NCBI GenBank assembly: GCA_964016885.1
Contig: OZ024741.1
Coordinates: 115,134,001 to 115,198,000 of the forward strand
DNA: 64,000 nt
DNA from: Eledone cirrhosa
Lineage: Eukaryota
Direction of reading: 5' to 3'
The notes under the pieces are model-generated. The model was not told the DNA's origin, made no database searches, and saw nothing but the letters and a program-made list of their open reading frames with translations. Made by a program: the position numbers and the translations under genes. The stretch's first letter is position 1; each line of letters starts with the position of its first letter. Of this stretch, positions 52,085 to 64,000 are shown in pieces.

Positions 52085-53242
52085 AGCCATATTTGAAGTA
52101 GTAAATCCAGAAATGATAACTTGGTCATGGGTTCGAAGAGGTCACTTGAAAAAGGAGACAGGGGGTTTGATTATGGCAGTCCAGGACCAGGCAATAAGAA
52201 CTAATTGGATCAAAGCTAATGTGGACAAGGTGATCACATCACCACCGTGTAGGATGTGTGGGAAGGTAAATGAGACAATTAGCCATATCTTCTCAGAATG
52301 CTTACAATTGGCTCAGAATGATTACAAAACTTGGAGACATGATAAAGTGGCAGTAGTAATACATTGACAATTATGTTAAAAGATAGGGTTCAACTGTAAT
52401 GGAAAATGGTATGACCACTTTGTAACAAATGAGATGAGTGTGCTGGAAAATGACGAAGCCAACATTCTGTTGGATATTACAATATAGACCAAAACAAAGA
52501 TTGATCACAACAAACTGGACATGGTACTAATACTCAAGAAAGAAAGGAAATGTTTTATTATAGAAGTGGTCCTTTTGACACGAGAATAAAAAAATAAAGA
52601 AAGGAAAAGAAAAACTACTTCAACGATCTCAAATATGAAATTCTGAAAGTATGGAGGGATGAAGTAAATGAAGTAATTATAGGAGCCCTGGGATGTGTAA
52701 CAGACAATCTTACAAAAAAAATTGGAACAAATTAATTTGATCTTGGTATAGAACCTATAGAAAAAAACATGCCTAATTGTTCAGATTTAGGAACAAGGCC
52801 AATCATTTTCTTCTTTTTGGTGGCGGAGGGTGTCGATTAAATTGTCGTAGAAAAGAAGAATAAGCAGGCATGTATTGTGTATATTGCTTCACCGTGGGAC
52901 CAAGGGTGAATGAGAAGGAAAGTGAGAAAGTTGAGAAATAACAGTACCATTGTGGATAATAAGACTCGTTGAAGTGGTACCGATTGTGGTTGGCGCACTG
53001 GGAGCAGTTAGTAGAAGGTTGGATGCATGGCTTGAGAAGCTAAGAATTACCCCCGGGACAGGATTGTTACAGGAAACAGCATTGCTAGAAACAGCAAGAA
53101 TTCTAAGAAAGGTTTTGGTAAGTTGAATGAGAAGGCATGAACCAAATGACCTTTGGCTATTGGCTATGACTCGTTCTTTTGGTATAGTGTCGGTATAACA
53201 TCAGCCAGAACAACAGCGTTACGAATAATAATAATAATAATG
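52085..53242 (+). mobile_element. Duplicate of the two Dong/R4-type LINE 3' fragments
   Basis: Matches 32790-33948. Confidence 0.8.
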
Positions 53243-53716
53243 ATTTCTACTATAGGCACAAGGCCAGTAATTTAGGGGAGGGGAAAGTCGTTTAAATCGA
53301 CCCTAGTGCATTACTGGTACTTTATTTTCAAAAGCTTAATAACTATGGAATTGACCTAAAATTGGAGGTTATCATGAGCTGCAAGCATGAATACAAGCAT
53401 TCTTTTTTCAACTCTCTTTAGTAATACAACGTAGAACAACTTAGCATGTTGCTAAATTGTTGTTATAACCAAACTTATCACCCACCTCTTTGTGGCTTAC
53501 TGGACACACTCACCTTCCATCACCCCAACGCATATTCCTAACATTTCACAGAAAACAACAAATAATGGCTATCTGTTTAACCAAAGTAAAATATCGTAAA
53601 CGATGCCACAATGCCTTAAACAAAATTTACCTGCTAACATCTTATGGAGGAACATATGGTTATTCCCCAATATTTTCCTATATGTATGCACGTATTGTAT
53701 ATGTGCGTATATGTGT

Positions 53717-54032
53717 GTGAAGGCGCGTGGCTTAAGGGTGAGGGTATTGACTTCACAAATGTAATATCGTAAGTTCAATTGCCGGTGGCGCGTTCTGTCC
53801 TTGAGCAAGTCACTTTATTTGACGTTGCTCCAGTCTACGTAGCTGGCAAAAATGAGTTGTATCTGTAATTCGAAGGATCGGTCCTGTCAAATTCTGTGTC
53901 ACACTGAATCTCCCTGAAACCTACTTTATGGGTCCGCGGTGCTACTGTAGAATGCTCAGTTATTTGCATGTTAATTTCACGAGCAGGCTAACTCCGTTGA
54001 TCGAATACTTGTTGTCGTAACCGACAGAGTGC
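53717..54032 (+). mobile_element. tRNA-derived SINE (family 2); its head is missing from copy 1 (34156-34357)
   Basis: GTGAAGGCGCGTGGCTTA...AAGTTCAATTGCCGG...CTTGAGCAAG. Confidence 0.7.
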
Positions 54033-54247
54033 CTGTAGATGTATATATATATATATAGGAAAAAGTATGACCCCGACGGGAGAGCTCAAGCCGTTTCGAC
54101 GGCTATTCCTGGACAGAAATAGCCGTCGAAACGGCTTGAGGTCTACCGTCGGGGTCATACTTTTTCCTATTACCCACTCAACTACCCTAAGTATTGAGTA
54201 CTCTGGTGCGTTATTGTCCATCTGGTTCCTTACCACATTTCCTTCGT

Positions 54248-54278
<31 letters not shown>

Positions 54279-54342
54279 AGAAATAATAAACCAAACACTG
54301 CTAACTGTATCACATTTTAATTTACATGCGTCTTACTTTATA

Positions 54343-54437
<95 letters not shown>

Positions 54438-54440
54438 TAC

Positions 54441-54471
<31 letters not shown>

Positions 54472-55128
54472 TGTATACATATATATATATGTATAGTAAT
54501 AATAATAAATTTGATGACTAAAATCCAAAGAGGGCTCGATAAGGACAAATATATATCAAATATATAAGAACCGTAGAGCAAATATTTATTAAAATAACAG
54601 ATTAAAGTTTAACCAAAGAATCGCTGCTTTCACCCTTAACGGGATCTTCTGAAACTAAAAAAGTCAATCTGTGAACGCAGAACTAATGCACAAAACTTTC
54701 CTGTATTACAGCCCCACATTATACCCTAAAGGATAGTATGAACTATACGCGGATATTTTATGTCTTGATGTGGTAGCTAAGTATATGTTATGTTTGTACC
54801 ATTACTTATTTGTATAGGTAAGTATTTATTACCTGTATGTTTTGTGAAGGTAGTAATAATTTCTCGAACGTATATTTGCTTGTATGTGTTATGGCGTACA
54901 TCTTATATATACTGGTACATGTGCATTTGGTTATGTGGTTATGTGAGTGTTGCGTCTGTGTGAGTATGCGGGTTCGTACGTATGTAGGGTGTGTGTATAT
55001 GTGTACTTTGTGTTTTGGTTTGCGTACGTCTGTGAACATATGTGTATTTACATGTAGGTATGTGTGTGCTCGCGTTATATATGTATTTATGTGAGTATAT
55101 TTATATACGTTTATTTAATTATATGTAT

Positions 55129-55191
<63 letters not shown>

Positions 55192-55879
55192 CACGTACAC
55201 ACATATATATATATATTTTTTTATATATATTTAATGTGTATTTGGTGTATACGTTCGTATGTGTGCGGGTACCGGCGTTGCGTGGGTTTTGTATGTGCGT
55301 GTGTGATTTTTGTGTACATGCTTGTATTTGCATACCCATGGCGAGTGTTTTCGCGTATGCTTGTGGATGTACGTATTTGGATGCGTGTATGTATATATTT
55401 AATTTCAATTACCTCTGTATTTTATTTACTTTACTCTTAACACAGAAGCCGAGAATCATTCGGTTTCCTAAATAGAATTTTAGTCTACGACTTCAATTAT
55501 ACTATTTACGTGGTTTTGTCTTTGCGTGTAATATTTCTCACCGCTCCACATAATTAAATTATTATCTTTGTTTTTCCGTTCATTGCCAGAGAATGTCTCC
55601 ATGAACCATCTAATAGAATATTTGTCTACGACTTCATTTATACCATAAACGTGGTTTTGTCTTTGCGTGTAATTGTTTCACCGCTCCAAATAATGACGTA
55701 TTATTTTCGTTCTTTGCCAGGGAAAGTTCCCACGCACCAAAGTATCGTCTTCCTGTCTTTCTTTGGTTGCAACGTTTTTTGAAATATTTATTTCTGCGTT
55801 CACAGATTGACTCTTTTAGTTTCAGAAGATCCCGTTAAGGGTGAAAGCAGCTATTCTTTGCTTAAACTTTAATCTGTTA

Positions 55880-55958
<79 letters not shown>

Positions 55959-55962
<4 letters not shown>

Positions 55963-56546
55963 CCTGAACAACAACTCAGTACAAGACCATATCAACAAGT
56001 CATACTAATAATACAAATAGTAATAACAATCTCCATAATCATAACACTAGAAGTAGATACAGAAACAACCACTCAAATGCACACACCCTTAACCAGTATA
56101 CAAGTAAACAAAACAATTGTAACTGTAGGCCTAACAAGACATGTCAATTAAATAAGAACTGCCTAATTAAAGACATTGTCTACTCCGGTACTGTAACCGC
56201 CAATCACATCTCGAAAGTACATATAGGCTCTATATCGAATAGCTTTAAGACCAGATATAATTCACAACTTCATTCGTTCAGACTTCCTAAACTTAGCAAC
56301 GTAACCTCAATATACACATACATACACTCATTAAAATCAAGTAATATACCATATACCTTAAAATGGGAAGTGATAGCTACGGCCCCTTCATATAAAACAC
56401 CAAACACATTTTGTAACCGTTGCATCCTCGAGTCTAAACATATTATTCACTCTAACCTTAGCCTACTAAATAGGAAATCAGAGATCTTCTACACGTGTCT
56501 GCATTACCATAGATTCTCGTTCCACTACTTCAAAGCTAGCAACTAA
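55959..56546 (+). pseudogene. PLE GIY-YIG fragment, duplicate of 36214-36801
   Basis: Same frame and motifs. Confidence 0.85.
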
Positions 56547-56907
56547 TAATAATAATAATAAAAATAAAGACCAATGTCGGAGATAACACTAGACCACCAA
56601 CATGTAGTTTATCCAACTAGACCTTCATCTATCCAACTAGACATCCATGAATATAGGACTACATCATAATTGAAAGACCACACTGACCTACATACAGTCA
56701 ATAAACACCTGTTTGATCTATTACATTATACAATGAAAAGATTTAAATGATATAGACACCCTAATAAATTTCCAATATACACCACCAACTAAATACCAGA
56801 CAACTGTGTATATAACTCCAATTACTCCAGTATATATTATGCAACTTACTATCCTGTCATAAAAAACTTCAACTATCTCTACACAATTAGTATGTTTGCA
56901 TGTATAT

Positions 56908-56939
<32 letters not shown>

Positions 56940-57152
56940 TTCGTTTCTGAATTTGTTTAGCAAGATTTTTTATCTGAAATCGTGTGTTGAAACCGATATT
57001 GTTATACTTTGGGAGGGTCATGTTGCCAATAAGAAACACACGCACCAGATGCTTTCACTTCAATTTATTATAATAAATTTATAATAAATTTATAAATTTA
57101 TAAATTTCTGGTTGGTTGGTTGGTTCCACAACCAGATAGTTGTTTATATATT

Positions 57153-57195
57153 GTCATAGTTCTTTCGTCACACACTCTGTGACCTCTTCAGTGAC
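57153..57195 (-). ncRNA. Minimal type I hammerhead ribozyme (PLE D inverted arm)
   Basis: Exact reverse complement of 59012-59054. Confidence 0.78.
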
Positions 57196-57324
57196 TGGGG
57201 ATTCCTTTCTTTGTTTCTGTGTTTCTCCTTTGTTCTGTCCTACGCCATTTTGTTTCTGTGTGTGTGTTGTGTGCTCAGTCTGCGCATGCGCCACATCCGG
57301 GTGTCTGTGTGTGTTTATGTTTAG

Positions 57325-58810
57325 CAACCTGTGCCCTACAAGACCAACAAGAGGCAGACCACCTACCATTACCTCAATGGCCAAGAAAACCCACACAGAT
57401 AGATGAAACGGGTGGACCAGAGCCATACGGACACCCGAAAACCACGATCAACTGAAGAAAATGATTGCACATGCGGTAGGGGCCAGCATAAAACTAACCC
57501 TTAAGGAACATATGTTCAAATTTAATGGAAAAACATATGCCCAAGAGGAAGGAGCAGCTATTGGTGTTAGCATTGCAGGCGACATAGCTAACTTATTCAT
57601 GGTATGGTGGGACAGTTGACTTAAACTTAAATTTAAAGAACAATTAGAAGACCCCTTAACCCTGATAATGTACTTCCGCTACGTTGATGATATAAACATC
57701 GTAGTTAAGACACCCCCACTACAGAACAGTCAGGAACTAGAGAAAAACACAATGGAAAGCATCCAGCAAATAGCTAACTCCATCCACCAGAGCATTAGAG
57801 TTACTATAGACTACCCAAGTAAACACCCCAACCATCGATTACCTGTACTAGACACAGAGCTCTGGTTAGATACGATTAATAATAAAAAACAAATCCTCCA
57901 TTCCCATTATGCCAAACCCATGACTTCCAAACATCTGATCCACCGAAACTCGGCCGTTTCGGACCATACCAAAATCAACATACTGATGGCGGATTTGGTA
58001 CGGGTGATGAGAAACGTGTCCTGCATGTGCAACCCCGAAGAACTAGAGAGACACATACAACACTTCATCCACCGTATGCAGTTCTCTGGCTACAATCAGA
58101 GAGATAAAATCAGAGTGTATAGAGGAGCCAGAACCAAATGGGAAAAAATGGTAAATAATGACATAAATGGGACCTGCCCCTTGTATAGGAGCAAATTTTG
58201 GAATAGAATAGAAAGAACTAGGAACAAGGCTAATAGAATAAACTCATGGTATGATAGCAATAAATACCAGAGTGTAATGTTCATCGATACAACCCCTAGA
58301 AGTGAATTAGCTTACAAATTTAGAAGGGCCCTAAATAAACATAAACTCAATATTAAGATAGTAGAAAGACCAGGTACCTCCGTAAAAACACTCATTAGCA
58401 AGACATACCCTTTTCAAAGACCCTCATGTATAGATAAGAAACGTATGACCTGTAAAATAAGCCCCCATATTAACTGTAGAACTAGAAATGTAGTGTATAG
58501 CATAAGATGTACCGAAGGACAATGTAGAGACAAAAATATAGTGTACATAGGTGAGACAGCTCCTAGTGTAGGGGAACGGATAAATGAACACTGGCGAGAC
58601 CTTCAAGATAGTAAAGAATCATCTGTACTCTACCAACATGCTAAAATAGAACACAAGGGTAAATTAGAGAACATAGAAATAAAAATAGAATCTACACACA
58701 GAAAAGACGCAATGTTTAGACAAATTACAGAGGCAATAAACATAAAAGAATTACAACCAAAATTAAATAGAAAATATGAGTGGAACAGCAACAGCACAAC
58801 TTACAATTAA
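57325..58810 (+). pseudogene. PLE D RT + GIY-YIG (two upstream TGA stops; open from 57668 to 58810)
   Basis: GAAIG, YFRYVDD, LPVLD, VVY..YIGET..ER..EH, RQITEA, LNRKYEW. Homologous to PLE C. Confidence 0.9.
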
Positions 58811-59011
58811 GGACAAAATGAAGACACACACACACATAGAACAAACAACCAACCAGTAACATGTAAATAAAAAAATAAATAAATGAACATAAACACACAC
58901 AGACACCCGGATGTGGCGCATGCGCAGACTGAGCACACAACACACACACAGAAACAAAATGGCGTAGGACAGAACAAAGGAGAGGCACAGAAACAAAGAA
59001 AGGAATCCCCA

Positions 59012-59054
59012 GTCACTGAAGAGGTCACAGAGTGTGTGACGAAAGAACTATGAC
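59012..59054 (+). ncRNA. Minimal type I hammerhead ribozyme (PLE D 3' end)
   Basis: GTCA-CTGAAGA-G-GTCACA-GAGTG-TGTGAC-GAAA-GAA-CTA-TGAC. Confidence 0.78.
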
Positions 59055-60796
59055 AATACATAAACAACTATCTGGTTGTGGAACCACCCAACCAACCAGA
59101 AATTTATAAATTTATAAATTTATTATAAATTTATTATAATAAATTTAAGTGAAAGCAATTGGTGCGTGTGTTTCTTATTGGCAACATGACCCTCCCAAAG
59201 TATAACAATATATATATATATATATATTTGTATATGTATATATATGTATATATATATATATATATGTCTGTGTGTATATATATATGTGTGTATATGTGTG
59301 TGTATATATATATATATATTTATGTATATGTGTGTGTGTATGTATATGTGTGTATAAGTGTGTGTGCAGATATGTGAGTGTGTGTATATATATGTCACAT
59401 ATGTATATGCCTTATATTATGCATGCATATACTAACTATGTAAAAACTATCTAGTTATAATAAAATAATAAACTAAATTAAAAATTGTGTTAAACCCCTC
59501 CCCCACACAAGTTTAAAAGATAGCAATTATTTCGCCAAGAATATTTTATATTTTATATTTTATACACTCTATATAGATTAATTTATAACACTACCACAAT
59601 ATTATAACAACCCTTAATTTATCAACAACATTATTTACCTCCCTTTGTTATTAACCCCCTTTACAACTTCCTGTGTAAACTTATAAAATTAAGTAACATA
59701 ACGGTTTACCAACAGCTTAATAACGCTTAATACAAACCTTAGAAAAGATAATTTAGATATAAAAAATGCATAAGATAATATACCTACAATAACAACATGG
59801 CCAGTAATTCGAAGGAATTTACATTTAACAAACAAACACCTATTGACTATAAACGACTTAAAATAATCCCATGGTTAATAGCTGTGAGTAACAAACAACA
59901 CAAGCACATAAATACGAAATACAACACAAAAACACTTAAATGAAAATCACATACCTAACTCATTCTAGTGCTTTACATTACACCTTACATAAAAAATACA
60001 TTACATCATCACCACACGCCTCTCTAACAATTTGCACACTATCTTAAATGTTTATAATAAATATAACATGCGTTATATAATGTGTTTCTTTCAACTGCGT
60101 TATAACTCTCTCCTCATACCTGCATTATTGACTGTACTGACTCCTGCATTGCACACCAATTGTCCTTGCTTATAACTTCTTACCCTGTGTTTTTTGTTTG
60201 TCATTTTCTCGCTTGTGCTTTTTGCTTTTACTTATACCTATTACACTTCCAATTAGTGCTGCCTGTAATTGTGTTATTTCAAGCGGAACATCTATTTTAA
60301 GTCCTGAATCTCCGCATGATGCCTTTGACACTAATAACAACTATGTACCCTAAATATTCTAAATGACTAGGATTCCAGTTACACGTTTTCGACATTCCTT
60401 ATGCTCGGATGATTCCAAACCTTCGTCTGGAAGAAACAATTGTCAGCTAATAGATGTTGTAAACTAAAATTTGATCGTTTTAACACTTTATATATATATA
60501 TATATAAAATGTTAGAACGATTAAATTAATTTAGAACATCTATTAGCTGACAATTGTTTCTTCCATTCATCGAAGTTCACAAGAGGGTCTGTTTACTCCG
60601 GAGTAAATTTATGAACCAGAGGTATAGGCCAACATTTCATGAAGTCACTTCTTTTAAGAAGTGACTTTATGATATGAAATGTTGGCCTATACCTTTTGTT
60701 TTGCATTCAGCCTTTTCTCATACCGCCAACCGGCTAATACTTAGTACTACCCTACATATTTATATCTATATCTATCACATATAAATATAAATATAA

Positions 60797-60936
<140 letters not shown>

Positions 60937-60990
60937 GTGGGAAAGTAAGAAATCGGAGAATAGACCATTAAAACATGTTTATTTAAAACA

Positions 60991-61030
60991 GCACCTACGT
61001 ACGTTTCGCCCAGTTGGGCTTCTCAGGGGC
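60991..61030 (-). ncRNA. Variant hammerhead (core CUGAGAA)
   Basis: GCCC-CTGAGAA-GCCCAACTGGGC-GAAAC-GTAC-GTA-GGTGC. The C3/A8 mismatch may inactivate it. Confidence 0.55.
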
Positions 61031-61980
61031 ATAAACAATCAAAAGTGTTCCTTACATTGCTCGGAAAGAGTTTTGGGTGTTAAATCCACGTCAAGGTTCA
61101 TTGCTCGCAAAAATAGCTTGTTTTGATTTTGCAGCATGTCAAGGGAGGTAACTTTGGCCGGTGTTAGGGCAGTCTCTCCCGGACAAATTTGTTTTATCTG
61201 CTACGAGATGAGGTTACAACCTTACCATTGTCGATACGTATGTAATCAACGCTTATTTTGAGAGGTTTTTTTGCCACATCTGTTTGTCTGAGTCGTTTGA
61301 GGCTGGGTCTGGTATGCAAGGATTGTTTCCTGGGTGTTATTTTGCAGCGCCTGCCCGCCGGGATGTTAAGACTTGTTGCAGGGAGATCCGGTGCACGGTT
61401 TCACTCCTCATCCTTAACCCATCTGAAGAAGGATATTTTTAAGCGATGTGTCCAACTTATCGCTGTTTCAGCTCTGCTGTTAATGAGCTCGTGGGGTGCA
61501 TCATAACAGCACCCCACCAGCTCATCAACAGCAGAGCTGAAACAGCGATAAATTGTACACATCGCTTAAAAATATCCTTCTTCAGATGGGTTAAGGATGG
61601 GGAGTGAAACCGTGCACCGGATCTCCCTGCAACAACTCTTAAAACCCCGGCGGGCAGGCGCTGCAAAATAACACCCAGGAAACAATCCTTGCATACCAGA
61701 CCAGCCTCAAACGACTCAGACAAATAGATGCGGCAAAAAAAAAAAACTCTCAAAATAAGCGTTGATTACATGTGTATCGACAATGGTAAGGTTGTAACCT
61801 CATCTCGTAGCAGATAAAACAAATTTGTCCGGGAAAGACTGCCCTAACACCGGCCAGAGTTACCTCCCTTGACCTGCTGCAAAATCAAAACAAGCTATTT
61901 TTGCGAGCAATGAACCTTGACATGGATTTAACCCCAAAAGCTCTTTCCGAGCAACGTAAGGAACACTTTTGATTATTTAT

Positions 61981-62020
61981 GCCCTTGAGAAGCCCAACTG
62001 GGCGAAACGTACGTAGGTGG
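61981..62020 (+). ncRNA. Variant hammerhead (core UUGAGAA, U3-A8)
   Basis: GCCC-TTGAGAA-GCCCAACTGGGC-GAAAC-GTAC-GTA-GGTGG; stem I is short. Confidence 0.55.
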
Positions 62021-62241
62021 TGTTTTAAATAAACATGTTTTAATGGTCTATTCTCCGATTTCTTACTTTTCCACGTGCTTGCGCTCTGCCAACTCTCTAG
62101 CTCACTAAATATTAACACTTCGAATATTTAATACTGCCGGCACTCACTAGTATCAAGCACCGTGGGCATACGCTACTTGGCAAATAACTATATGTATCAC
62201 CTATCCTCCCCCTTTTTTTTCTCTCTCTCGATACGTAAATA

Positions 62242-62340
<99 letters not shown>

Positions 62341-62343
62341 CAT

Positions 62344-62389
<46 letters not shown>

Positions 62390-62416
62390 TTATATTTATA
62401 TTTATATTTATATGTG

Positions 62417-62518
<102 letters not shown>

Positions 62519-64000
62519 ATATTTATATTTATATTTATATTTATATGTGTTAGATATAACTATAAATATGTAGGGTAGTACTAAGTATTAGCCGGTTACC
62601 GGTATGATAAATTTTCAAGTGTTTTACAGAGCCGAGATACAAAGTGTTAAAACGATCAAATTTTCGTTTAGAACATTTATTAGCGGACAATTATTTCTTC
62701 CTTCTGGAAGTCTGGAATCATCGAAGCATAAGGAATGTCGAAAACGTGTAACTAGAATCCTAGTCATTTAGAACATTTAAGGTACATAGTTGTTATTAGT
62801 GTCAAAGGCATCGTGTGGAGATTCAGCAGTTAAAAAGATGTTCCGCTTGAAATAACACAATTACAGGCAGCACTGGTTGGAAGTGTATGTAAAAGTAAAA
62901 TTGAAAAGCACAAGCAAAATAATGACAAGCAAAAAAACATAGGGACAGAAGTTATAAGCAAGGACAATTGGTGTACAATGCAGGAGTAAATACAGTCATT
63001 GCTTGTAAATTATTTCCCTGTGTTTTTTTGCTTGTCATTTTTTTGCTTGTGCTTTAAGAGTGTCACTACGATAAGAGTGTCACTACGAATTCTTTAAGCA
63101 GTGATTATATCCCGGTGGTCTCGCTCCTATTATCTATAAATGGATTATATCTAATCTAGTGCCAAGTTAAGTAGTCCAAAGATTGCTATTATTACAAGTC
63201 CTGCAAACTCTTTGTGGACGACTAATTTATTGTGCACGGAGAGTGTCCAAGGACTATGAGTTTGTTGAAAAAGAGCTTCTTGAGAAATACTCACTGAAGG
63301 TTGACTAAAAATGCTTACTCAGGGATATGGCACAGCACTGCAGAAACTGTACGCTTATCCACAGAATGACATGCATAGATATGTTGCTAAAAAGCTTCAA
63401 AGTGAGAGTAATATAGATAAGCAACTTCTATCGTGGAGCAACAGTAGGTATATTGGCTCTCACTTCGAAGGATATGCTTTTGCAATCCAGGAATAGGAAA
63501 TAACAACGACATACCTTATGTACAAACGAGATAGGAATGCATGTAAAACGCCTAGATATGACAATAGATGTCAACTGTGGAGGATGTTAACCACTTCATA
63601 GTCTGTTGTTTGAAGATGTCATTGTGATACTATCTACCTATGAGGTATGATGTAATGGTCAACACACTAGAGAGGATGTCACTGAAGATAAAGGCGTTTT
63701 AAATCAGATTAGCATTTCATTATCGAATTAGAATTGACGATATAAAATAATGTTTCCCTAGATACTGAGTAGCTTGTACAAGACAAACTACCAAGAGCTT
63801 ATACACCTTGGTAGTTTATGTGGTTCCTCGAAAAGTTAGAAATAGTAGCCGAAGTCCTTCAATCCTTAAAAATGGAAGGACAATGTAGTGAAAGATATAT
63901 TAAAAGACAGACAGCGGCCAAGATTAGGGCATTGCCTTAAAAAGATTTAATAGATCATATCAAACACAGTACTTATTTCATTGGGTTTGGCAGAGTGTCT

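Larger units (their letters stand above)
56940..59211 (+). mobile_element. Penelope-like element D with inverted 3' arm; present only in duplication copy 2
   Basis: Arms 56996-57321 and 58886-59211. The empty site is the (TA)n tract at about 37158-37230. Confidence 0.92.

Noticed and set aside
57400-57620. In-frame TGA codons in PLE D as selenocysteine, as reported for some Naiad PLEs
   Set aside because: They align with Trp (GRWIGW) and Arg (WWERRL) in PLE C, not Cys, so they are ordinary nonsense mutations.

Overview
AT-rich, repeat-saturated animal genomic DNA with no recognisable host gene. An octopod cephalopod is the likely source, inferred from the NUMT gene order nad3-nad2-cox1 and the SINE types. 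The window holds a decayed Tx1/L1 LINE, several Dong/R4-type RLE LINEs, many tRNA-derived SINEs, a Chapaev3-like DNA transposon and a NUMT. A ~19.2-kb-offset segmental duplication covers 25755-41241 and 45002-64000. The dominant signal is a family of Penelope-like elements (PLEs) and non-coding derivatives that sit in (TA)n tracts as divergent fold-backs carrying type I hammerhead ribozymes (HHRs); I can parse 14 of these by eye. The best candidate for a new system is a non-coding 310-bp tandem unit with one intact HHR per unit (16716-18110). It is retrozyme-like, is predicted to release a structured 310-nt RNA that could circularise, and is nested inside a PLE that encodes RT and GIY-YIG. All calls come from manual reading; no alignment, folding or database search was run.
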